Origin: Candidatus Gottesmanbacteria bacterium
GTDB lineage: Bacteria; Patescibacteriota; Microgenomatia; UBA10105; UBA927
Reading direction: 5' to 3'
Assembly: GCA_016214885.1 (NCBI GenBank)
Contig: JACRMP010000005.1
Span: 6,725-70,724 of the forward strand
DNA: 64,000 nucleotides
Position 1 is the stretch's first letter. Each line of letters starts with the position of its first letter. The translations under genes and the position numbers were made by a program. The notes beneath the pieces are model-generated. The model did no database searches and was not told the origin of the DNA. It saw nothing but the letters and a program-made list of their open reading frames with translations. Below are positions 1-10,120 of this stretch, piece after piece.

Positions 1-1
1 C

Positions 2-2629
2 CAATGTTTTGTCCGGCAGTATATCCACCCGATCAATTTTTCCGCCCACTTTAATCGTTTTTCCCCCGTGTTCCACGGGTATAATAAACGGCTGTTCCAA
101 AGCAGCAATAACAGTTTTTGGGTTAAATTGGGTATTATAATAATCTGTTAAGTATTGCTCACCCCGTTTTTTCATTTCACTTTCGTACCGCTTGCTTTCA
201 TACCCTGCTTTTTGCCAACGCGCTTCCAGCAGAGCAAGCAACATATTATTAGTCACCTTCTCCCCTTTTGCATGTGCTTCATAAAAATCATGAAGTGCGT
301 TATGAATGCTGGTGCCAAACGACAGCGATGCCGACTGCGGGGTAGGGATATTTAATATATAGCGGAGCTTGTAATGCAAAGGACACAAACGGAATGTTTC
401 TATCTGAGAGTAGGATAAGTAGGTAACCGGGGCGTGCTGCATAGCTTTCTCTCTTACGGCTTTCGGCTCATCTTTTTTCCAATCCAGAAGCGACATCTGC
501 GTCGGCTGAAGAGCCGGTGCAATAATAGACTGCTCTCCGATAACCTCATATACAAACGGGGAAAGTTTCTTTTCCCGTTTGCCTTCACCGTAAAAATTAG
601 CGCCGGTAAGATACAAAAGATCCCTGGCACGCGTCATACCCACATAGCAAAGACGCCTCTCTTCCTGCAGATGATAATCGCCTTCAGGAAGATCTTCTTT
701 TATGAGGTCGTCCGGAATAGGAATGGTTTCGCGCCGCTCCGTAGTCGGAAACCTTGCCGAGACAAGATTAACCAAAAATACTATGGGAAATTCGAGTCCT
801 TTGGAACCGTGAACGGACAAAATATTTACGGCATTATTTGTTGTCCAGTCGGCATCGTTGGATAACGGCGACTCCCCCAACTCCATGGAAAGCTCTATCC
901 AGTCCAGCACCGCAGTAACCCCCGCGTCTGCATGATCTGTTTCATATGTTTTGAGTTTGCTGAAAAACTTGGCGATATTATTTGCTATCTTTTCATCAAC
1001 AGGCGCACTGTAATCCAAAATATTTTTCATCATGCCCGTGTCGCTTAAAAAATAGAAAAGGATCTGGCCTGCGCTTTCCGTCGTTACCATCCCTAGGTGC
1101 CGGTGGATCATGGCAACTATTTTTTGAATACCGGCAACAGTTTCCTCTGCTATAGCGGGCAAATTAATTCCTTCCAATATGCGTTCGCCTGCAACTATTT
1201 CGCTCGCCTCAAAAAGCGATAAATTCTGCTTTCGGGCAAAAATGGTTATCGCGGCAACATCGCGGGCAGATAGTCCGAAATACGCCATGGAATATATACG
1301 GAAGAGTGCTACATTATCCTCAAAATTATCTATAACCTGCAGGTAGGAAATAAGATCTTTTATTTCCGGCTGCCGGAATAATTGCCCCGGACCCAGGAAC
1401 TGGTAAGGGATTGAGTGGCGCATAAATGCGCGGGTAAATGGCTCAGCATGATTGTTCGCTCTCACCAATATCGCAACGTCACGCCATTCATATTTTTTAT
1501 CATTCTTGCCTGCTCCTACGAGACTTTTAATTTCTTTGGCCACCGCATCTGCCTCGTTTTCTACTCTATCGGCATACAGCAGTTTCGGCCAGACGCCGGC
1601 AACCTTACGGCCGGAAACCAATTTTTTGTTTATATGCTCCTTCACTTCTAACCTGTCCGGGTTGTTGTACTGGATAAGCTGATAACTGGCATCAAGCACC
1701 GCCTGAGTGGAACGGTAATTCTGACTTAACACAATAAGCTTTGCTTTGGAAAAATGCTTACGGAAGCTTAATACATTGGATACTGCAGCTCCCCGGAATT
1801 TATAAATACTCTGGTCGTCATCGCAGACCGCGGTTATGTTCTGCTTTTTCCCGGCAAGCATGGCCACCAGCTCATTTTGGGCAATATTTGTATCCTGATA
1901 CTCATCTACCAGAATATACTTAAACTGTTTTTGATAATACGCCAGAATATTTTTCCGCGACCGGAACAGCTCCAGCGTTCTGGTAATGAGATCCCCGAAA
2001 TCCATGAGACCTTCGCTTACTTTTATATCCTGATATTTCCTGTATGCTCCGGCAAGCTCCCGGTATTTGTCCGCCTCCATTTTTTCTTCTTCTGTTTTTG
2101 CTTTTTTAGCGTAACGCGCTGACCACGAGAGATACGCTTCTGGGGAAATATCTTCATCCTGCAGACGGGAAAAATGCTGCAACATGCCGCAGATAAATTT
2201 GGTCGGGTTCCCCAATGGCCTGAAGTAATTGAGGTCAAACGAAAACAGATGCCGCTTGAACACCATGGTGGCATCGGTATCGGTCATAAGCCGGTATGCC
2301 GGATTTAATCCGATATGAATTGCTTCCTGCCGGAGCAAACGGTCGCAAAATTTATGGAATGTGGATATCCACATACTCGTGTATCCGTACGGCATAATGA
2401 CATCCACACGCTCTTCCATTTCGCGGGCTGCTTTCTCGGTAAACGTGAGGGCGAGTATCTGTGAAGGAAGTGCGCTCCCCGAACTGATGAAGTGTTTAAT
2501 CCGCTCGGTGACTACTGTCGTTTTCCCGGTCCCCGCCCCCGCAATAATAAGTAGCGGGCCGTCGCCGAAATGAACAGCTTCTTTTTGCTCTGCATTAAGT
2601 TTCTTTTCATCGACCGGAGACTTGGTCAT
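2..2629 (-). CDS. UvrD/PcrA-family helicase with C-terminal PD-(D/E)XK nuclease domain (3' end outside window; absent from ORF track)
   Basis: Manual translation from ATG 2629: MTKSPVDEKKLNAEQKEAVHFGDGPLLIIAGAGTGKTT (Q motif, Walker A). C-terminal YLSYSQIETFRLCPLHYKLRY and GGKIDRVD are typical of RecB/AddAB-type nuclease domains. Confidence 0.92.
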   Translation of the reverse strand, partial: MTKSPVDEKKLNAEQKEAVHFGDGPLLIIAGAGTGKTTVVTERIKHFISSGSALPSQILALTFTEKAAREMEERVDVIMPYGYTSMWISTFHKFCDRLLRQEAIHIGLNPAYRLMTDTDATMVFKRHLFSFDLNYFRPLGNPTKFICGMLQHFSRLQDEDISPEAYLSWSARYAKKAKTEEEKMEADKYRELAGAYRKYQDIKVSEGLMDFGDLITRTLELFRSRKNILAYYQKQFKYILVDEYQDTNIAQNELVAMLAGKKQNITAVCDDDQSIYKFRGAAVSNVLSFRKHFSKAKLIVLSQNYRSTQAVLDASYQLIQYNNPDRLEVKEHINKKLVSGRKVAGVWPKLLYADRVENEADAVAKEIKSLVGAGKNDKKYEWRDVAILVRANNHAEPFTRAFMRHSIPYQFLGPGQLFRQPEIKDLISYLQVIDNFEDNVALFRIYSMAYFGLSARDVAAITIFARKQNLSLFEASEIVAGERILEGINLPAIAEETVAGIQKIVAMIHRHLGMVTTESAGQILFYFLSDTGMMKNILDYSAPVDEKIANNIAKFFSKLKTYETDHADAGVTAVLDWIELSMELGESPLSNDADWTTNNAVNILSVHGSKGLEFPIVFLVNLVSARFPTTERRETIPIPDDLIKEDLPEGDYHLQEERRLCYVGMTRARDLLYLTGANFYGEGKREKKLSPFVYEVIGEQSIIAPALQPTQMSLLDWKKDEPKAVREKAMQHAPVTYLSYSQIETFRLCPLHYKLRYILNIPTPQSASLSFGTSIHNALHDFYEAHAKGEKVTNNMLLALLEARWQKAGYESKRYESEMKKRGEQYLTDYYNTQFNPKTVIAALEQPFIIPVEHGGKTIKVGGKIDRVDILPDKTL

Positions 2630-2680
2630 CGTGGGGTTATTATAGTCTTACCGGACAATCTTTTCGAGAAGTGCAGAATA

Positions 2681-3709
2681 TTATCCGGATATCGCTTTCT
2701 TTTCATCCTCTTCATGGAGCATCTGTGTCTGGGACAACTTCTGCCCCATCAGGGAAAATGATCCCGACACCGTATTCATGGAATTATATGCGTTATTTAT
2801 ATGCTTGCCCAACACGCCCAAATTTTCTTCTATCTTCCCGTAATCTTTTTGTATTGCCCGGAGCAACTGGAATATATGGCGCGACTTTTGCTCCAGATCT
2901 TTTCCCTGAAACGACAAAAGCAATACCTGTAAATGTGCATACAGTGTATTGGGAGAAACAGGATACACCCGGAGCTTCCGGGCATAATCCATAAGTTCTT
3001 CCATATTCGCCATTTCGTAATACACGCCCTCACTCGGAATATACATGAGAGCAAAATCCATGGTTCCCTCCTCCGGGAGAATATATTTCCTGCTGATATC
3101 GGCTACATGTTTTTTGACGTCAGCCACAAAATCTTTCTTCGCGGCATTGCGGAGCGCTTCTGTTTCGCCTTTATGCATTTTGGAAAAATTCTCCATGGGA
3201 AATTTGGAATCTACACACAGCAGTCCCGCATCGGTTTTCAGCACCGCATCCACTTTCATCCCGGATTTAAATGCATACTGTAAATGAAACGAATTTTTAG
3301 GGAACGTCTGCCCGATCATATCCTGCAGAACCTGCTCACCAATATTGCCCCTGAGCTTCGGAGACTGCAGAAATTCCTGAAGACTCCGAATACCTTTGCC
3401 CACCTCCGACATTTCCCCCAGATTCTGCTTAAGATCCCCGATGACACGGGCAGCCGTATCCAGCCGGTCATTTAACTGCTTAGTGTTTGTCTGGAGTAAT
3501 CTGCTTACGTCAGAGGTTTGCCCCCTCATGGCTTCGTTTAACGCCTTATTGGTATTTTCGATGGAAATCTGCATGGACTTAAGCCATTCAGTAAGGGCAG
3601 TATCATCACGTTTTTCTGAAAGCGTAACTATCTCCCTTTTGACAAGAAACAGCAGCACACCAAAACCCGATACAATGACAAAAATGAGGATAAAAAAGTC
3701 GGGAGTCAT
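2681..3709 (-). CDS. rmuC: DNA recombination protein RmuC
   Basis: N-terminal TM, coiled coil, PKLRGNIGE, VDSKFP, KYILPEEGTMDFALMYIPSE, VSPNTL motifs; start moved to ATG 3709. Confidence 0.9.
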   Translation of the reverse strand: MTPDFFILIFVIVSGFGVLLFLVKREIVTLSEKRDDTALTEWLKSMQISIENTNKALNEAMRGQTSDVSRLLQTNTKQLNDRLDTAARVIGDLKQNLGEMSEVGKGIRSLQEFLQSPKLRGNIGEQVLQDMIGQTFPKNSFHLQYAFKSGMKVDAVLKTDAGLLCVDSKFPMENFSKMHKGETEALRNAAKKDFVADVKKHVADISRKYILPEEGTMDFALMYIPSEGVYYEMANMEELMDYARKLRVYPVSPNTLYAHLQVLLLSFQGKDLEQKSRHIFQLLRAIQKDYGKIEENLGVLGKHINNAYNSMNTVSGSFSLMGQKLSQTQMLHEEDEKKAISG

Positions 3710-3756
3710 GCTGGCACCCATTGTAGCACGCGTATTGCAACGTCTACAATTAATAT

Positions 3757-4074
3757 ATGGAAAGGCTGCGTAAAACAAGAAACCCGCTACTGCTATTTAT
3801 CGGTGTCACCGGGCTTATCACTCTCACTGCCTTCATAAATATAGTCCCCCCTGATTCCATTACCGCAATGCTTATATTTGCTTTCCTCTTTATAGCTACG
3901 CTCGTTCTTCTGGGGCTCTACACCATACGCTCCCTGCGGCACGTCCTCATACTGACATTTGGTATTACTCTCTACCTTATCCTCCGGTTTTTCGGTTTAC
4001 GCCATCCGTTATACGCAGTACTTCTTACGGCAAGTATTGCCGCACTTGAATTTCTCCTGAGAGATACCTCCTAA
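3757..4074 (+). CDS. small hypothetical membrane protein
   Basis: 105 aa with about 4 hydrophobic segments; fills the intergenic space. Confidence 0.7.
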   Translation: MERLRKTRNPLLLFIGVTGLITLTAFINIVPPDSITAMLIFAFLFIATLVLLGLYTIRSLRHVLILTFGITLYLILRFFGLRHPLYAVLLTASIAALEFLLRDTS

Positions 4075-4076
4075 TC

Positions 4077-4105
4077 TTGCACTACGGCATTTACGGTGGT
4101 ATAGT
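4077..4105 (+). promoter_or_regulatory. sigma70 promoter for the metG leader
   Basis: TTGCAC (4077-4082), 17-nt spacer, TGG-TATAGT extended -10 (4100-4105). Confidence 0.75.
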
Positions 4106-4115
4106 ACCCTAAACT

Positions 4116-4160
4116 ATGATCCAAACTGTATCCATGATGATGGCAAACACATCCGGCTGA
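4116..4160 (+). CDS. Met-rich leader peptide MIQTVSMMMANTSG
   Basis: 14 codons with ATG-ATG-ATG at 4134-4142, upstream of metG and overlapping attenuator hairpin 1:2. Confidence 0.8.
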   Translation: MIQTVSMMMANTSG

Positions 4161-4209
4161 CGGAGGTTTGTCCATGAGAATAAACAAACCCCGCCAGGCG
4201 GGGTTTTTT
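4140..4209 (+). promoter_or_regulatory. transcription attenuator (1:2 anti-antiterminator, 2:3 antiterminator, 3:4 terminator)
   Basis: Terminator aaaccccgc-cag-gcggggttt followed by a T run. Segment cgg(a)ggtttgt (4161-4171) can pair either with acaaaccccg (4184-4193) or with the leader-coding segment 4140-4155. Confidence 0.8.
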
Positions 4210-4316
4210 AATGGCTGTTAACGAAGGAATTCATATTCGTGAGTTTTACAGCAAATTATGGTTTGGCGCGAAGCGTCTAGACGCAAACCACACAAACCAT
4301 TGTGGACTGATAACAA

Positions 4317-4592
4317 ATGTATATGGAAAAAAAAGATTATATAATCGGACGGACCTATCGTTTACCAATAGACGACAGCACCCATGATGTGACCCTTATC
4401 AACATGGAAGGAGATAACGCACGGGTACTCATTCAAAATCATTCTATAGATATGTCGCTCCATGGATTTACCCCGAGGAAAAAAATGTATTCCCAAGCAG
4501 TACCGGTGCGGGTAGTGCCCCTTACAGCACTGCAGGAAATAGAAGAACCAAAAACCAAACGTGGATTAACTTGCTGGAGGAGGGTAAAATAA
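4317..4592 (+). CDS. hypothetical protein
   Basis: 91 aa ORF between the attenuator and metG, ending 4 nt before the metG start. Confidence 0.55.
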   Translation: MYMEKKDYIIGRTYRLPIDDSTHDVTLINMEGDNARVLIQNHSIDMSLHGFTPRKKMYSQAVPVRVVPLTALQEIEEPKTKRGLTCWRRVK

Positions 4593-4596
4593 GCCT

Positions 4597-6051
4597 ATGA
4601 ACAAAAAGTTCTATATCACCTGCGCTATTCCTTATGTCAATGCAGCTCCCCACATCGGACATGCACTGGAGTTTGTGCAGGGTGATGTTGTAGCCCGCTT
4701 CCACCGGCTATTGGGGGAAGAAACAATTCTGCTTTCAGGAGGCGATGAGAATGCTTTAAAAAACGTGCAGGCGGCAGAAAAGGCAGGCGTACCCGTCCAG
4801 CAATTCATTGACGAAAATAATGTTAAATTTCTGGAATTAACCAGGTCATTGGGCTGCCAATTCGACGTATGGCAAAAGGGCAGCGACACGGCACGCCACT
4901 TTCCCGCCAGCCAAAAATTGTGGAACCTCTGCGACAAAGCGGGAGATATCTACAAAAAATCCTACGAAGGCCTGTATTGTGTCGGTTGTGAGACATTCTA
5001 TGAGCCGGAAGAATTAAATGAACAGGGTGAATGCTTCGAGCACCCAGGCAAAAAACTGGAATCAGTGAAAGAAGAAAATTATTTTTTCCGCCTTTCTAAA
5101 TACCAATCAAAAATTATTGATCTCATCACATCGGGAAATCTCGCGATCACGCCGGAAACAAGAAAAAACGAAGTGTTGTCGTTTCTCAAGCAGCCGCTTC
5201 AGGACATAAGTATTTCCCGGAGCAACGAACGCGCCAAAAACTGGGGCGTCCCCGTGCCGAACGATGCAACCCAACGGATGTATGTGTGGTTTGATGCGCT
5301 CAACATTTACCAGTCGGGTATCGGCTTCGGGTGGGATGATGAAAAATACAAAAAATGGTGGCCTGCTGATGTCCATGTCATCGGCAAAGGGATAAGCCGC
5401 TTCCATGCGGTGTATTGGCCGGCATTTTTGCTTTCTGCAGGGCTCCCCACCCCCAGGGCGCTGTTTGTCCATGGATATTTTACGGTAAACGGTCAGAAGA
5501 TGAGTAAAACTTTAGGCAACGTCATAGACCCCAATGAGCTTATCGCTAAATACGGCAATGATCCACTCCGGTATTATTTCCTCCGCGAAATTCCGGCTAC
5601 CAGTGACGGGGATTTCTCGGAACGCAGGTTCAGAGAACTGTATAACGCCGAATTGGCAAACGGTCTGGGCAACTTTACCGCGAGAGTGGCAAAGCTTTGT
5701 GAACAATCAAAAATTACCGTTGCTTCTTATACATCCGATTTTCCTTCAGTCATACAGAAATATGAATTACTTCACAAACAATTAGCGCAATCACGATTTG
5801 ACGAATACATCAAGTCAATTCAGCTCTTCATCGCAGGATGGGATCAGTCTCTGGAAGAGAATAAACCCTGGCAATACAAAGATAATATTGAAGAAAATCT
5901 GCCGGGCTATTTATCGACACTCATTACAGCTGTCCGCGACACTGCCGAACTACTCCGTCCGATAATCCCCGAAACAGCTGAAAAAATTCTGGCGCAATAT
6001 TCCGGAGCATCAATCACGTCAGAAAAACCCATGTTTCCGCGCCTCCCGTAA
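4597..6051 (+). CDS. metG: methionine--tRNA ligase
   Basis: YITCAIPYVNAAPHIGH, YCVGCE zinc knuckle, YVWFDAL, KMSKT motifs. Confidence 0.97.
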   Translation: MNKKFYITCAIPYVNAAPHIGHALEFVQGDVVARFHRLLGEETILLSGGDENALKNVQAAEKAGVPVQQFIDENNVKFLELTRSLGCQFDVWQKGSDTARHFPASQKLWNLCDKAGDIYKKSYEGLYCVGCETFYEPEELNEQGECFEHPGKKLESVKEENYFFRLSKYQSKIIDLITSGNLAITPETRKNEVLSFLKQPLQDISISRSNERAKNWGVPVPNDATQRMYVWFDALNIYQSGIGFGWDDEKYKKWWPADVHVIGKGISRFHAVYWPAFLLSAGLPTPRALFVHGYFTVNGQKMSKTLGNVIDPNELIAKYGNDPLRYYFLREIPATSDGDFSERRFRELYNAELANGLGNFTARVAKLCEQSKITVASYTSDFPSVIQKYELLHKQLAQSRFDEYIKSIQLFIAGWDQSLEENKPWQYKDNIEENLPGYLSTLITAVRDTAELLRPIIPETAEKILAQYSGASITSEKPMFPRLP

Positions 6052-6053
6052 CT

Positions 6054-6833
6054 ATGTATATCGACACCCATGTACAGCTCAATTTTTCGGACTTTGATGA
6101 AGACAGGGTGACGGTTATCGCAAACGCCAAAAAAGCAGGAGTCAAACAATTCATAGTACCCGGCGTTGATCACAATTCCTGCCGCACGGCGCTCCATCTT
6201 GCTAAAGCACACCCGGGGGTTATATATGCTGCTGCGGGTTACCACCCCTACGAAGCTCCGAAAAATCCCGATCTTTCTTATATAGAGACACTGCTTAACG
6301 ATCCGGAAAACAAAGAATATATCGTGGCCGTCGGCGAATGCGGTTTGGATTACCACGAATACCGGGGCGAAGTGGCAGCCGGAAGAAAAGATGTTCAGGA
6401 ACGGTTATTCACTGATCAATTAACCATAGCAACAAAATTCGATTTGCCGGTGATCATTCATTGCCGCGAAGCATTTGATGACGTATTCACCATTCTCCAG
6501 AAACTTCCGGCAATACCACGGGGCGTTTTTCATTGTTTTTCCGGCAGCCAACAGGATCTGAGGATTGCTGTCGACATGGGATTTTTTATCGGTATTGACG
6601 GCAACGTAACGTATTCCAAACAACTTCCCATGGTAGTGCCGTTCATTCCCATTGATTCACTTGTCCTCGAAACAGATGCGCCATATTTAACTCCCGTCCC
6701 TCACCGGGGCAAACGCAACGAACCCAAATATATTCCGCTGGTTGCCGCAAAAGTCGCCGAGCTCCAGAAAAAACCCATAGACGAAATTATGACCGCAACA
6801 ACCGCAAACGCACAGCGGCTCTTTTCTGTGTAA
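6054..6833 (+). CDS. tatD: TatD-family nuclease
   Basis: IDTH, GYHP, VGECGLDY, IHCR, FHCFSG, ETDAPYL, RGKRNEP. Confidence 0.95.
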   Translation: MYIDTHVQLNFSDFDEDRVTVIANAKKAGVKQFIVPGVDHNSCRTALHLAKAHPGVIYAAAGYHPYEAPKNPDLSYIETLLNDPENKEYIVAVGECGLDYHEYRGEVAAGRKDVQERLFTDQLTIATKFDLPVIIHCREAFDDVFTILQKLPAIPRGVFHCFSGSQQDLRIAVDMGFFIGIDGNVTYSKQLPMVVPFIPIDSLVLETDAPYLTPVPHRGKRNEPKYIPLVAAKVAELQKKPIDEIMTATTANAQRLFSV

Positions 6834-6904
6834 TTATCGTGGGGCGGTTAACAAGACCTGTTAGGCTCACCGGACCTCATCATGGTATAATTTAGCTTGA
6901 TCCT

Positions 6905-8386
6905 ATGCGCCGATTATTCGAACTCTACCCGAACAAAACCCAAAGGCTTTTGGAAATATCCATTCCGCTCACGTCCTGGTTTATCATCACCATGCCGTTA
7001 TGGCTTTCATTCTGGCATCCGGCACTGGTTGCTTACCTCATCATCACGTTCGACGTGTATTGGTTTTACAAATCCATAACGCTGGTAAATTTTGCGTTCC
7101 GGTCATTTATTACGTATACCGCACATGCCGCGGTAAACTGGCTGGCACAAGCGGAATCATTCCCGCATTTTAAGGATGTCTGGCACGTTATTATCATTCC
7201 CGAATTCCAGGAACCGGTGCACATTCTCAAGCGGACACTGGAAAATCTTGCACATCAGGACTTCCCCCGTGAGCGGATGATCATAGTACTGGCTACAGAA
7301 ACCAAAGATCCTAACGGCATTGCAACGGGTACCCTTCTTAAACAGGAATTCAGCAGTACGTTCGGACATTTCCTTATCACCCAACATACATTGGTTCCGG
7401 GCGAAATCGCCGGTAAATCATCCAACATGGCGTGGGCAGCAAAACAGGCGGATGCCTATATCAAACGCCACCGTATTCCGGTCGAATGGACAACCATAAC
7501 CTCCTGCGATGCTGATGCCCTCCCTCACCCTAAATACTTTTCCGCTCTTGCGTTCCAGTTTCTCACCGACACCAACCGCTTTGACCATCTGTATCAGGGA
7601 AGCATTATGTTTTACAGCAACATCTGGAGAATTCCGCTCCCCAACAGGTTCCTTAATACCTTAAACAGCATGTGGAATTTGGCGTTCCTTTCACAGGAAT
7701 CTAAGCTTATTAATTTTTCAACATACTCGCTCGCGTTTAAGACAGCCCGCGAAGTTGGGTTTTGGGCTGTCGATGTGATTCCAGAAGATTACCACATGTT
7801 CTTTTCCGTATTTTTTAAACGGGGTGAACACGTGGCTGTAAAGCCCATATTCCTCCCGGTTCTGGTCGACGCCGCAGAAAGTCACGGATTTTTCAGCACT
7901 TTCATCAACCAATATGAGCAATCGAAACGTTGGGCGTGGGGGGTAAGCGATATTCCCTATGTCATACGGCAATCATTTCTGCATCCGGAAATAAAACTTT
8001 CTGAGCGGTTCCGGCGGGTTTCCTCCTTACTAGAGCATCACATTCTGTGGCCTACTAACTGGTTTATCATAACCATAGGAAGCACGGTGCCGCCGCTTAT
8101 TAATCCCGTATTCGGCAGAACGGTTCTTGGTCACAATCTGGCTCAGATATCATCGGGGATCCTGACCTTGTCTACCATCTTTCTCATTATCGTATTCATT
8201 ATCGACTGGCGCATTAAGCCCCCGCCTCCCAAGGCATACCCCAAATGGAAACTTCCGCTGCTGTATCTTCAGTGGCTTACCCTGCCTATCATCTCGTTTT
8301 TTCTCTCGGCATTACCCGGGCTTGATGCCCACACCAGGCTCATGCTTGGTAAACGACTGGAATATCGTGTGACCGAGAAGATATAA
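6905..8386 (+). CDS. membrane glycosyltransferase family 2
   Basis: GKSSN, DAD, ED and QSKRW (QxxRW) motifs with flanking TM helices. Confidence 0.85.
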   Translation: MRRLFELYPNKTQRLLEISIPLTSWFIITMPLWLSFWHPALVAYLIITFDVYWFYKSITLVNFAFRSFITYTAHAAVNWLAQAESFPHFKDVWHVIIIPEFQEPVHILKRTLENLAHQDFPRERMIIVLATETKDPNGIATGTLLKQEFSSTFGHFLITQHTLVPGEIAGKSSNMAWAAKQADAYIKRHRIPVEWTTITSCDADALPHPKYFSALAFQFLTDTNRFDHLYQGSIMFYSNIWRIPLPNRFLNTLNSMWNLAFLSQESKLINFSTYSLAFKTAREVGFWAVDVIPEDYHMFFSVFFKRGEHVAVKPIFLPVLVDAAESHGFFSTFINQYEQSKRWAWGVSDIPYVIRQSFLHPEIKLSERFRRVSSLLEHHILWPTNWFIITIGSTVPPLINPVFGRTVLGHNLAQISSGILTLSTIFLIIVFIIDWRIKPPPPKAYPKWKLPLLYLQWLTLPIISFFLSALPGLDAHTRLMLGKRLEYRVTEKI

Positions 8387-8396
8387 TGGAATTTGT

Positions 8397-9734
8397 ATGC
8401 TGAATTATCTGCTGGCACATACACCGCTCTTCTACTTTGTTCAGAGTTTGTGGAGGGATGAAGCGTTTTCCATCCTCGCTGCAAAAGAATCCCTCACTTT
8501 CATCGTCACCAAACTTGGATTTGAACCCCCTGTTTATTACACCCTCTTGCATTTCTGGATAAAAGTATTCGGCACAAGCGAACTTGCCGCCCGTAGCCTG
8601 TCGTTTATCGGATTGTTACTCGCCACCATAATCGTCATCGAATGGGCTGACCAAGTGTACAAAAAACACTGGCTTGCATGGTATGTACCTTTATTTTTCT
8701 TCCTCAATCCTATGCTTCTTTATTATGCGTTTGAGGTACGCACTTATGGATGGTTTATCTTCTTTGCTACCGCCACACTTTATACCTATGCCACCAATAG
8801 GTGGAGGTGGTTTTTTGTATCTGCACTGCTCGGTTTTTACACCCATGTGTATATGTTGCCGTATATAGCAGCGCTCGCCATCCATAGACTGTGGGCTCAC
8901 CGCACTCATGTTTTCAGAAATCCGAATAAAATCAGGTCATTTTTTGTTTTTCTGTTTACCGATCCTGGCATGAAATCAATCATGCTTTCCGTTATCTTTA
9001 TGATCCCGTGGCTCATAAAAATCGCCATGGAACTCCCCCGCATGAAATCCTCATGGTATTACCCGGTCGATATACAACTGGTTAAATCAGCACTTGGTAA
9101 TTTGTTTGTTGGCTACGAAGGAACCCCCTGGTATGGATGGAAATACACCAGATATCTTTCGATATTTATCGCAGCAGGATCCATATTTGCCCTCATGTAC
9201 AAAAAACTCCGTGAACATGCACAGCTCCTGGTTATTTTCGGGATGATCCCCCTCGCTGTTATCATCGGTATTTCGTTTATTAAACCGCTATATGTAAATA
9301 GATACCTCATCCCGACGACAATTGCCGAAATACTTCTGTTGGGCGCCGCCATTTCGGCTATTAAAAAACCGCTATTCCAAAAACTTACTGCTGCCGCCAT
9401 GCTGATAGGCGTGCTTTGGTTCAATTGGTGGTTCCCCCCGCAGCATCCAAAAACGCCGGTTAAGGAAACGTTTAACCAGATCCAAACGCTCATTAAACCG
9501 GGAGATATATACCTGGCTTCCGATGCACTTATATATCTTGAGACTTTGTACTATGCCAAAGAAGCATCCCGCGTATATCTGTATAACCCCAACAACCATG
9601 AATTTGCATGGTATATAGGGGATGCACTGTTTAACCCATCGCGCATGGTGCGGGACTATCCTATTTATCCCACGAGGGCATTCCTCATCCGGACCGACGG
9701 AACGTTTGAAGTAATCTACCGCATGCCGTTATGA
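8397..9734 (+). CDS. GT-C (GT39/PMT-like) glycosyltransferase
   Basis: QSLWRDEAFS, PPVYY, multiple TMs, EVRTY. Confidence 0.8.
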   Translation: MLNYLLAHTPLFYFVQSLWRDEAFSILAAKESLTFIVTKLGFEPPVYYTLLHFWIKVFGTSELAARSLSFIGLLLATIIVIEWADQVYKKHWLAWYVPLFFFLNPMLLYYAFEVRTYGWFIFFATATLYTYATNRWRWFFVSALLGFYTHVYMLPYIAALAIHRLWAHRTHVFRNPNKIRSFFVFLFTDPGMKSIMLSVIFMIPWLIKIAMELPRMKSSWYYPVDIQLVKSALGNLFVGYEGTPWYGWKYTRYLSIFIAAGSIFALMYKKLREHAQLLVIFGMIPLAVIIGISFIKPLYVNRYLIPTTIAEILLLGAAISAIKKPLFQKLTAAAMLIGVLWFNWWFPPQHPKTPVKETFNQIQTLIKPGDIYLASDALIYLETLYYAKEASRVYLYNPNNHEFAWYIGDALFNPSRMVRDYPIYPTRAFLIRTDGTFEVIYRMPL

Positions 9735-10120
9735 AATTTACCCTTCCCATACAAAAAGCCGACAATCTTCTTGCCGGGCTTCGATACGAGGGAGCCACAT
9801 GGGAAAGTAGACTGGCTAAAATCGCGGTGGTCACCCAGGCAGTTAGCGGCGGAATAGTGCTTGCGTGGAACTGGCGCCTCCTTCCTCCGGAAATCCCGCT
9901 TTGGTACTCGAAGCCCTGGGGAGAAGAACGGCTTGTTTCTCCTTTTTTTCTTGCAATACCTATTCTTACCGCGTTTGCCGTATACGCGGTAAACCACTCA
10001 ATGGTGACAAGGACAGCGCGTGATCACCCGATGTTCGCCCGCGTGTTGTCGCTTTCTTCGCTGCTTATTTCGATTCTTAGCGCTATTATCGTTATCAGGA
10101 TTGTTACGCTGATAAGCTAA
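9731..10120 (+). CDS. hypothetical membrane protein
   Basis: 3 TMs, LPPEIPLWYSKPWGEERL; start overlaps the upstream stop region. Confidence 0.75.
   Translation: MKFTLPIQKADNLLAGLRYEGATWESRLAKIAVVTQAVSGGIVLAWNWRLLPPEIPLWYSKPWGEERLVSPFFLAIPILTAFAVYAVNHSMVTRTARDHPMFARVLSLSSLLISILSAIIVIRIVTLIS

Noticed and set aside
155-2761. Many short ORFs in the track over 1-2.7 kb
   Set aside because: They are shadows of the long minus-strand UvrD-family gene, which the track missed because it runs off the window.
4276-4286. cgtctagacgc also present near 58531
   Set aside because: Short palindromic match in unrelated contexts; no further similarity.
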